Assembly: GCF_003367075.2 (NCBI RefSeq)
Contig: NZ_CP065936.1
Span: 1,920,001-1,952,000 of the forward strand
DNA: 32,000 nucleotides
Reading direction: 5' to 3'
Origin: Cylindrospermopsis raciborskii Cr2010
Lineage (GTDB): Bacteria; Cyanobacteriota; Cyanobacteriia; Cyanobacteriales; Nostocaceae
This document shows positions 8,316 to 15,942 of this stretch, one piece after another. How positions within the stretch are numbered: position 1 is the stretch's first letter; each line of letters begins with the position of its first letter. The notes under the pieces are model-generated. The model saw only the letters and a program-made list of their open reading frames with translations. It did no database searches and was not told the DNA's origin. The position numbers and the translations under genes were made by a program.

Positions 8316-8757
8316 TGTTTCCTAAAGTGTTCATAATGCTATTGTAACAGAGATAGTACCCATTATGTATTCATTTTACTATATTATGGAAATATTACTA
8401 AGTAGGCTATTTGAGAATAATTTGAATATAAACACTGAGAGAATAGTTCAAATGTTGACATTATTCATTGATGAGGATTATTGTATGCTTGAGCTTAAAA
8501 ATCTATCTAAAGGTAGATGCAATCGGATATTCTAATTAATTACTGTTTCATTGTTTACTATAACTGGAAGTTGCACTCCATTTCAAAATATGAAAATTTA
8601 TTCATTCTTGTGGTTTCCTCTTGTACTATCTAGTTTAAAGGAATGAAATCCCTGTGTAAAAACCAGAGATTTTTATGTCATGAAACCTCAAATTTAGAAT
8701 TGCTGTAAAATTGGAGACTAGCCCGATGAAAATCTATCAATCTGTTCAATCTTGGTT

Positions 8758-10170
8758 ATGAAAGCCAAATTTATTTTAAACTCACTCAAATCAGATCGAA
8801 GGGAATTAGACGTCAGTTTTCTCGTGGTTTCTGGGATTGGCTTAGTAATCACCCTAGCCATCTACGGTCTGCTATTTCCGATCAAAAATACTTTTATTGG
8901 GATTTTATTGTATGAGAGGGGATTCACTCAAATTCTCACGATTGCCTTTGCCGGAATTGTAGCGGCTTTAACCCTGCTAAAATTTTTTAAGCTTCAAAAA
9001 CAATCGCGAACTTTGGGGGAAGAACTAATTCCATCTGACATATCCCTTGACGATCCAACTAGCGATCAGGTCATCAATCTTCAACAGAATCTAGCTCAAG
9101 AGAAGAATGTATTAGCCCGTCGTTGTAGTCGGCTACTAGCCGTGTATATTAACTCTGGTAATCGTCAAATTGCTAACGAATTTTCTTTGGAAGATTCCGC
9201 TTTTTACCATAGTGCCTCCGAGTCTTCCTATACCATTCCGAAGATTTTAGTTTGGGCAATTCCCCTATTGGGATTTATCGGCACGGTGTTCGGTATTAGT
9301 GCTTCCGTGGGGGGATTTACAGGGTTTCTGGAAAATGCCGGCGATATCGACCAAATTAAACAGGGTATCGGTACTGTGACACAAGGATTAGCGATTGCAT
9401 TTGATACTACTCTTTTGGCTTTATTTATGAGCGTATTGGTGATGTTGCCCTTAGTGATGGTCGAACGTTTAGAATCCCGTCTGCTACTGGCGATCGATAT
9501 CTACATCAACGATAAGGTATTACCACGATTAAAAGATACAAGTAAAGGGAGCGAGACCATTAGCGAAGAAATGGTCGAACAAGCAGTAATAAAAGCTGTT
9601 CAACAAAACTTCCTTGCTCCTGAAACTTTAATCGAACCAGCCAAACATTATGCAGAACAAGCGGCGGTAGCATTAGCAAAAGGGTTCACTCAAGAAGTAC
9701 ACAGCATACAAGAAGCCATTACTCAAACAGTTCAAGAAATTCAAACTGTAAGGGAGAGGGTAACTAGAGAAAGTCAGGATTTTTCGACCTTTCTTGGTGA
9801 CCAGATAAAACTACAGCAAGGGCTAGTAAATCAGATTCAAACAACTGTCCAGGAGATTCATCGAAATCATCTAGCTGTGTCCGATGGATTTAGAGAACAA
9901 GCTCTAGTAGTTGGTTATAAACTGGAGGCAGCGGCGCAAGCCTTAGAACAAAGAATAAGCAGTTTAGAGAAATACGCGACCCAAATCAGTGAGATTGATA
10001 ATTTGCAGCGTAGTTTAGACAATAATCTCCGTAATCTCAAAGAAAAAGCCGTTTTGGAAGGAGTTTTAGGGGAAATTCAGACTAGCTTGGAGCGGTTAAG
10101 ACCAACGTTAGACCAACTGAATAAGCCGCGCCGGATTCTACTTTTAGAACAAGAAGATCAAAGAACTTAA
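8758..10170 (+). CDS. MotA/TolQ/ExbB-family proton-channel protein with a C-terminal coiled-coil tail of about 220 aa (ZorA-like architecture)
   Basis: The track ORF starts at TTG 8752; ATG 8758 is the more likely start. There are two N-terminal hydrophobic helices, then the channel core ILVWAIPLLGFIGTVFGI…GLAIAFDTTLLALFMSVLVMLPLVMVE, then a Q/E/L-rich heptad-like region running to the C-terminus. Confidence 0.75.
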   Translation: MKAKFILNSLKSDRRELDVSFLVVSGIGLVITLAIYGLLFPIKNTFIGILLYERGFTQILTIAFAGIVAALTLLKFFKLQKQSRTLGEELIPSDISLDDPTSDQVINLQQNLAQEKNVLARRCSRLLAVYINSGNRQIANEFSLEDSAFYHSASESSYTIPKILVWAIPLLGFIGTVFGISASVGGFTGFLENAGDIDQIKQGIGTVTQGLAIAFDTTLLALFMSVLVMLPLVMVERLESRLLLAIDIYINDKVLPRLKDTSKGSETISEEMVEQAVIKAVQQNFLAPETLIEPAKHYAEQAAVALAKGFTQEVHSIQEAITQTVQEIQTVRERVTRESQDFSTFLGDQIKLQQGLVNQIQTTVQEIHRNHLAVSDGFREQALVVGYKLEAAAQALEQRISSLEKYATQISEIDNLQRSLDNNLRNLKEKAVLEGVLGEIQTSLERLRPTLDQLNKPRRILLLEQEDQRT

Positions 10171-10173
10171 ATT

Positions 10174-10635
10174 ATGCCTAGAGCGATCCGTAGCCGACAG
10201 TCTATACAGATAGATTTATTTCCATTTTTATCGATTCTAGCCTGTACGATTGGCAGTCTTATTCTCTTAATTATAGTGCTTACTTCCGAGATTATCGGCA
10301 GCCAAAAGCAAGTAACAATTGTAGCTAAGAGTGATAATGGTTTAAATCGATCAAAACAGCCCCGTTATATCGAGTGTAAAGCCGATGGTGTAATTTTGCA
10401 TCCCGACCAAGTTTTGGTACCTTCCTCTGGTTTAGAAAGTCAGTTCTCACCACTCGGAATATTACTAAAGAAAATCGATCCCGGTCAAGAATATCTAATC
10501 GTCGTGGTCAGATCCGACGGCATCGATACCTTTAGAAGAGTCAGAAGTTTGATTGAGGGTAGGGGAATAGATATTGGTTATGAGCCTTTGGATAAAGATT
10601 GGAAGTTAAATATAAAATCAGAAATAAAAAACTGA
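10174..10635 (+). CDS. ExbD/TolR-like single-pass membrane protein (paralog 1)
   Basis: 153 aa, starting 3 nt after the upstream stop. It has an N-terminal TM helix (IDLFPFLSILACTIGSLILLIIVL) and a C-terminal block EYLIVVVRSDGIDTFRRVRSLIEGRGIDIGYEP that resembles the ExbD periplasmic domain. Confidence 0.6.
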   Translation: MPRAIRSRQSIQIDLFPFLSILACTIGSLILLIIVLTSEIIGSQKQVTIVAKSDNGLNRSKQPRYIECKADGVILHPDQVLVPSSGLESQFSPLGILLKKIDPGQEYLIVVVRSDGIDTFRRVRSLIEGRGIDIGYEPLDKDWKLNIKSEIKN

Positions 10636-10647
10636 CTGGACAAATAA

Positions 10648-11358
10648 ATGAGAAAACTAAGAAAGTACAATCATTCAAGTTTATCTGCAGGTAATCTAGA
10701 TTCGTTCCTTGACATCATGACCAATACGGTAGGTGTTCTCATGTTTGTCAGTTTATTTATAACTCTGGTAGCCGTGCAGTCAGGAACCACGATCCGAACT
10801 CCTCTAGTCTCTCAAACCGAAAAAAGTCCTCATCTTTTTGAGGTGGTAGATAACCACGTTAGTTATCTAGATACCGAGGAGATTTCTCGACAAATTAAGG
10901 ATTTTGTTAAAACCTTACCTACCTGTACAGAACCTATAGAGTCTTATTCCTACGGACTGGATCAATTAACGGTATACATAGAAGAACTGCGCCAATATAA
11001 AAGCTGTCTTGATGAAAAAGTCAGCAGATTTAGGGAATTTAGACCGCAAACAGAATCTTATCAAGTTCAATTAGTAGATATTGAATCATTTTCATGGCAG
11101 TACCAAAAACTTAACAAAAATATAGGAACATCTAACGAGCAGTTATCAGAAGCTGATTCTCAGTTTAAGGAAATTATAAGTCGCCTCGATCCCGAAAAAG
11201 ATTATATCGCTTTTATTGTCAAACCAGATAGTTTTTCTACTTACAGAAAGGCGAGAGAAATCGCTTGGAAAAAGGGATTTAATGTCGGTTGGGAGCCTCA
11301 AAAACTAGAGCAATTTATTATTCTTGGATCATCGGGTAGAAGTATCGGTATTCAGTAG
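10648..11358 (+). CDS. ExbD/TolR-like single-pass membrane protein (paralog 2, with an inserted middle domain of about 100 aa)
   Basis: 236 aa, after a 12-nt gap. The N-terminal LDSFLDIMTNTVGVLMFVSLFITLV matches the ExbD/TolR PxxDVxLVLL-type TM helix, including the Asp. The C-terminal DYIAFIVKPDSFSTYRKAREIAWKKGFNVGWEP is paralogous to the previous gene. Confidence 0.6.
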   Translation: MRKLRKYNHSSLSAGNLDSFLDIMTNTVGVLMFVSLFITLVAVQSGTTIRTPLVSQTEKSPHLFEVVDNHVSYLDTEEISRQIKDFVKTLPTCTEPIESYSYGLDQLTVYIEELRQYKSCLDEKVSRFREFRPQTESYQVQLVDIESFSWQYQKLNKNIGTSNEQLSEADSQFKEIISRLDPEKDYIAFIVKPDSFSTYRKAREIAWKKGFNVGWEPQKLEQFIILGSSGRSIGIQ

Positions 11359-11474
11359 CCTCCCCTACGAAAACCAATTTCTATCAAGTGATAAATAGCA
11401 TCTTCTCAAGGGATAAGTTACTATTTCCTACATGATTTAATGTTTCCCAATATAGTGGTAAAGCATGAGTACCC

Positions 11475-11840
11475 TTAAATTTCTTCATCAATCTCTGATT
11501 CTAATACGCACATTTTCAGAAGATCGGTTTCCCCAATTCGGGAATCAAAAACCCAACGGGCTTTCTTATCGTTATTATTGATAGTAAAAGTGATTAACTC
11601 TTGCTCTGCACGGTTAAAAAGAGCATCTCTTGCTGTACCTATGGAAACCAACTCGCCATTTAATGCCAATCCGTCACGGTTTAGCAGGTTCTGTTGATAT
11701 GATTGGCGCAGTAATAACAAGGATTGAAGCAAAGAGGATTTACCGGTGCTGTTTAATCCAGAAAGTAATGTTAGTGGTCTCAGGACAAAAGATTGATTTT
11801 CAAATGGCTTAAAATTTTCTAAGTTTAAGCTATTTAACAT
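11475..11840 (-). pseudogene. AAA15/ABC-like ATPase (DUF3696-type), truncated after about 120 aa
   Basis: The N-terminus, LNLENFKPFENQSFVLRPLTLLSGLNSTGKSSLLQSLLLLRQS, includes the Walker A motif. There is no Walker B motif or C-terminal domain. The stop lies 10 nt from the right end of the cassette unit (11464). The start overlaps the DUF262 stop by 7 nt. Confidence 0.65.
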
Positions 11841-12979
11841 GATAAAATCTCCCGAACTATTTGGTTAATTTGCTCAAACCTATATATAACCTGATCACTG
11901 GCTTGAGAAATGGATTTCTCAAAGTTGGCATCTGTTTCAATTTTTTTCATAAATGTTTTATTTAACAAGTCTTTATAATTTATCAATTTATCAATTTGCC
12001 CCGGTGTTAACCTACTCAAAATAACTGACCATGCTTCAAACAGAGATTTATTAACAGGGAACCTTGTTTTGCCATTTTTGGGAGGTTTACGGAAAGCGTT
12101 ACTGCTAAAAATGCTATCTGCTGCTCTCATGGATTTAATGAAGTCTCGTTTCATATCCTTGAGCCTAGTATCCTCTAAATTATTTAACTTCGACATGGCA
12201 CTATTTAAAAACTCATTTCTTCCTTGAGTATAATCATGATAATCTATCAACCAAAATGCAATAAAACCTATAATATATTCATGATCGTCCATTCTTTTCC
12301 TTCTTTTTTCACTGATGTTTATCAACTTCTTAAACTCTGCTAATTCTGAAAACTCCTTCAGAATCCTCAAGGACTTTCCAGGGTACATAGCTTGACGCAG
12401 CTCCTGGTTATTCAGTGATACACCACCAGTATTAATTCTTTGAAAAATATTATATTTTACTTCCGGGGGAGTTCCGGACTCAACTAAGCAGACTATTAAC
12501 TCTGTTTCTTCTATCCTTCTTTGGTGATGACGAGACAATTCATCATATTTTTTGTGTTCTAAATCCCTCAGAAATTGTAAATCAGTTAATCTCAGTTCCT
12601 GGTCAAGAATGAATTTTTTAAATGTATTAATTCTTTGAATACCATCTATCACTAACCACTTATCATCAGTAGTTGCATCCACATAAAATGCTGGAAGTGG
12701 AATCCCAATTAAAACAGATTCAATTAAACGACTCTTATTTTTGTCATTCCAAATGTCGGCATGACGTTGAAAATCAGGGGCTAAATCAATTTCGTCATGC
12801 TGAATTCTTTTTAGCAATATATCTATTGACATCATCTTAGTCTTGATCCTAATTTTTGTAGGATCAAACGGTTCTAGGTTTTCAATCTCATCCTCTTCAA
12901 CATCTTCATCACTGTCATCATATATCTCCCTAATTGGCAGTTCCATTTGTTGAGTGTTAATACCCTTAGTAATTGTCAT
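11834..12979 (-). CDS. DUF262 (ParB-like/GmrSD N-terminal type) domain protein
   Basis: 381 aa with an acidic N-terminus, then DFQRHADIWNDKNKSRLIESVLIGIPLPAFYV…VIDGIQRINTF, which is the DUF262 signature (QR…W…LI.S…P.P…DG.QR). I saw no DUF1524/HNH motif in the C-terminal half. Confidence 0.75.
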   Translation of the reverse strand: MTITKGINTQQMELPIREIYDDSDEDVEEDEIENLEPFDPTKIRIKTKMMSIDILLKRIQHDEIDLAPDFQRHADIWNDKNKSRLIESVLIGIPLPAFYVDATTDDKWLVIDGIQRINTFKKFILDQELRLTDLQFLRDLEHKKYDELSRHHQRRIEETELIVCLVESGTPPEVKYNIFQRINTGGVSLNNQELRQAMYPGKSLRILKEFSELAEFKKLINISEKRRKRMDDHEYIIGFIAFWLIDYHDYTQGRNEFLNSAMSKLNNLEDTRLKDMKRDFIKSMRAADSIFSSNAFRKPPKNGKTRFPVNKSLFEAWSVILSRLTPGQIDKLINYKDLLNKTFMKKIETDANFEKSISQASDQVIYRFEQINQIVREILSC

Positions 12980-12984
12980 AAATT

Positions 12985-13720
12985 GACGCTCCCATCGCTA
13001 AAAGCGAGGGATTCCCTGTTCATCCAGTTACCTTATCTAGGAGGCTTTCACCTAATAGACAGTGGGTAGTCTGTCCGAGGGCTTGAATTTCTGTCCGCCC
13101 GACAGTATTTGCTTTTTGAAGTATGTTTTTAGCGGCGTTTTCATCCCTATCCAAAACACAACCACAAGAACAAATATGTGTTCTTACAGACAACGTTTTC
13201 TTAACAATATTGCCACAAATAGAACATTGCTGGCTAGTATATTGTGGGTTTACCGCTATTACAAACTTCCCGTGTATTTTCCCAAAGTAGTCTAACCAAT
13301 CGGTGAACATTGACCAACTTGCGTCATTAATAGACTTAGCAAGTTTTCTATTTTTCACCATATTAAAAACCTTCAAGTCTTCATAAACTACCAAATCGTT
13401 AGATTGGATTAACGCTTTTGCTGTCTTTACAACAAAATCTTTACGTTGTCTGGAGACTTTTAAATGAAGACGGGCTACTTTTGACTTTTGTTTTTGACGC
13501 TTGTTGCTCCCCTTTTTCTTTAAAGTCTAAGGCATTTATTCCGAATAAACTGCCCTGTTCTAATAGCTTCCAGGATAGCTACTTGTTGCCTTTGTGTCGC
13601 TTTGATTTTAAACTCTATGACTCGCATTGAACCGACATCTCAATGTGTTACATTATAATTATATCATCTCATCGGTAAAACCGAGAGCCTTCAAGCAGAC
13701 ATTTTAGGTAAAAAGAATTC
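12985..13720 (-). mobile_element. Internally deleted IS200/IS605-family (tnpB-only) element
   Basis: It contains the tnpB remnant below. A short hairpin-containing end (ccCaTCGCtaaaaGCGAggg, 12990-13012) abuts the DUF262 start codon. The outer boundaries are approximate. Confidence 0.6.
13020..13627 (-). pseudogene. tnpB: TnpB remnant: N-terminal 35 codons joined out of frame to the C-terminal RuvC/zinc-finger part
   Basis: From ATG 13627 the translation is MRVIEFKIKATQRQQVAILEAIRTGQFIRNKCLRL*. The 3' ORF encodes …LIQSNDLVVYEDLKV…NPQYTSQQCSICGN…CSCGC…DRDENAAKNIL, which carries the RuvC-II and RuvC-III motifs and the CxxC…CxC zinc finger. Confidence 0.8.
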
Positions 13721-13724
13721 CAAT

Positions 13725-14618
13725 TTACCAATTTCTCCACCCACCCTGGGTTTGATCTCGATTTTCCAAACCCTTATTTCCCAGGAGATTATGGTACTCA
13801 ACACTGCTAGACCATCGATCAATTTCCCTGGCCCGCAGAACAGGTACAGGATGACTTAACTGAGCTGTGTGAGCATCTTTAACCATCATACCCAATTCAG
13901 TTTTGCTTATTGCATCATAAGCACGAGCTTGGGCAACAAAAGCATCCAGATTTAATCGGGGTGCTAGGGTTGGTGAACCACCAGCTAGTTTCATTAATAC
14001 TGACATTACCACTTTCGGATTTTGAGTCGCTAATAATGCAGCGCGATCGCAAGTGAATTCAGCACAGCGTACCCATTCTAATAACTGGTTTTGTAGTGAC
14101 TGAGCTAAAACAACGCCAATGTTGGGTAAAATAGAAGTGGCTAATATTAACAGGTTGGCTGGTGTTAGATAAACACTGTGGTCACATTTAAGGTGTCCGA
14201 GTTCGTGACCAATTACGGCTTGTATTTCCTCTGGTGTGAGCATATCAACCAGGGAAGTGTGTAATACTATAAAAGGTTTTTTACCCCGCATGGCAAAAGT
14301 ATAAGCATTGGGACTAGGATGCTGACGGATATATAATTGTGGTAGCTCAATATCCAAATTCTTACAAGCATCTATTAATAGATAATGTAAATCAGGTAGT
14401 TGTTTTTCGCTCACCAAAATACTGGAGGCTATATTTTCTGCATAAAATACCTGTTCAGCAACTGGGCCAAGCAAATTTCTGACCATAATATCTATTCCTG
14501 GAATTTGCCGAAGAGTTTTTGTTGCTTCCAAGTCTAAAGGGTGACGGAAAGAGTCTGCTTTTAAACCAATAAGTGGTTTTTTTGCTATTGCTTGTACTGG
14601 TGTTTTAACTAAAGACAT
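13725..14618 (-). CDS. M48-family zinc metallopeptidase
   Basis: 297 aa with the HELGHLKCDH (HExxH) motif in an M48-like context. Confidence 0.8.
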   Translation of the reverse strand: MSLVKTPVQAIAKKPLIGLKADSFRHPLDLEATKTLRQIPGIDIMVRNLLGPVAEQVFYAENIASSILVSEKQLPDLHYLLIDACKNLDIELPQLYIRQHPSPNAYTFAMRGKKPFIVLHTSLVDMLTPEEIQAVIGHELGHLKCDHSVYLTPANLLILATSILPNIGVVLAQSLQNQLLEWVRCAEFTCDRAALLATQNPKVVMSVLMKLAGGSPTLAPRLNLDAFVAQARAYDAISKTELGMMVKDAHTAQLSHPVPVLRAREIDRWSSSVEYHNLLGNKGLENRDQTQGGWRNW

Positions 14619-14633
14619 AGATAGAAAAGAAAA

Positions 14634-15524
14634 TTAACTATTATTAATTTTAGGTACTTCTAAAACTATAGCACCCAGAAGTCCCTTGCGAAAATCACTA
14701 ATGATAGTCCTAGCAGTACGTTCCACATCTCCTTGATAACGACTTGCTGCTAACACCTCTAAATATGCTTCTCCTGTATGAATAATAGAATCAACACCAT
14801 AGCGAGAAAGTAGTGGATGGGGTGGTAATAGATGGGGGGAAGTTTCTTGAAACTGATTGACCATATCCACAAAAGCAGCTGCTATTAATTGATTATCGTA
14901 GGATGCTTCTCCAATATCATCACAGATGGCTAATTTCACTGCTGCTTGTTGATCTTCTAATCGAGAAGGAATAATTCCCGGTGCGTCTAACAACTCTAAA
15001 TGTTCAGAAATTTTCACCCAGCGCAATTGACGGGTGACACCCGGACGAGCAGCACTTTCCACAACTCTTTTCCCTAACAACCGATTAATCAGTGCGGATT
15101 TTCCCACATTGGGAAAACCAATCACTACTGCACGCACGGGACGAGGTAACATCCCCCTTTGTTTTCTCCTTTCATTCAGTTCTGTTCCTGCTATTTGTGC
15201 TGCTTTAGCTATGGCTGTAATTCCTTGACCTTGTTGAGCATTGGCAAAATAGGGCACTTCTCCTTGTTTTTTAAGCCATTCTGACCACATTGATTTCACT
15301 TGGGGCAAAATCATGTCTAGTCGGTTAATCACTAGCACCCGTGATTTATTACCTATCCATTCTTTAACTTGGGGATGGTGTGTAGATAAGGGAATACGTG
15401 CATCCCTAACTTCTAATATCACGTCTACCCTTTTTAATTGCTCTTTAAGATTTTTTTCCGCCTTAGCAATATGACCAGGATACCATTGGATGATATTTAA
15501 TTTGTAGTTTTGTGTTATGGACAT
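14634..15524 (-). CDS. rbgA: Ribosome biogenesis GTPase A (YlqF/RbgA)
   Basis: Circularly permuted GTPase motifs: WYPGHIAKA, DARIP, INRLD, GFPNVGKSALINRL, DAPG. Confidence 0.85.
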   Translation of the reverse strand: MSITQNYKLNIIQWYPGHIAKAEKNLKEQLKRVDVILEVRDARIPLSTHHPQVKEWIGNKSRVLVINRLDMILPQVKSMWSEWLKKQGEVPYFANAQQGQGITAIAKAAQIAGTELNERRKQRGMLPRPVRAVVIGFPNVGKSALINRLLGKRVVESAARPGVTRQLRWVKISEHLELLDAPGIIPSRLEDQQAAVKLAICDDIGEASYDNQLIAAAFVDMVNQFQETSPHLLPPHPLLSRYGVDSIIHTGEAYLEVLAASRYQGDVERTARTIISDFRKGLLGAIVLEVPKINNS

Positions 15525-15901
15525 TGTTTATCAATATTGCTACTGCTGTACAAAATTAAACGATTACCATCTGGATCCTGGGCATAAATCTCCTGACCAT
15601 GGGAAGTTATGGAAATCTCTCCCGTGGGAGGATAACCTAGAGATTTCAGATCAGAAATGGCATTTTCTAGGTTGCTCACCTCTATACATAAACTTAGCGG
15701 ATTTTTGCCATGAACTACAAATTCTGATTCATGATCTTTTTGCGGTCTGAAAATACTTAATCTCAGATGGTCAACTTGCCACTCAACATAAACACTAGCT
15801 ATAAATTTGGTTGGTGGGCTTTCTAGTAACTGCATATAAAAGTTGACTAACTGATCAAAATTTACCGTACCTATCGTTACTAGTATATAGTTATATTTCA
15901 T
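15515..15901 (-). CDS. VOC/glyoxalase-family protein
   Basis: 128 aa with a glyoxalase-like pattern (…YAQDPDGNRLILY near the C-terminus). It overlaps the rbgA start by 10 nt. Confidence 0.55.
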   Translation of the reverse strand: MKYNYILVTIGTVNFDQLVNFYMQLLESPPTKFIASVYVEWQVDHLRLSIFRPQKDHESEFVVHGKNPLSLCIEVSNLENAISDLKSLGYPPTGEISITSHGQEIYAQDPDGNRLILYSSSNIDKQCP

Positions 15902-15942
15902 CTATGTTGAATGTTGTCGTTTTTCTACTATATATGAACTGG

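Larger units (their letters stand above)
8400..11464 (+). other. Discrete 3.07-kb unit carrying the three-gene MotA/ExbB-like cassette. Its ends are defined by comparison with the relic at 2395..2630.
   Basis: Both ends of this unit recur at 2395 and 2630, next to unrelated flanking sequence. I found no terminal inverted repeats. Confidence 0.7.

Noticed and set aside
8400-11464. Terminal inverted repeats or target-site duplications for the cassette unit
   Set aside because: Comparing the left end with the reverse complement of the right end by eye shows no convincing inverted repeat. The flanks show no direct duplication. Mobility therefore remains unproven.
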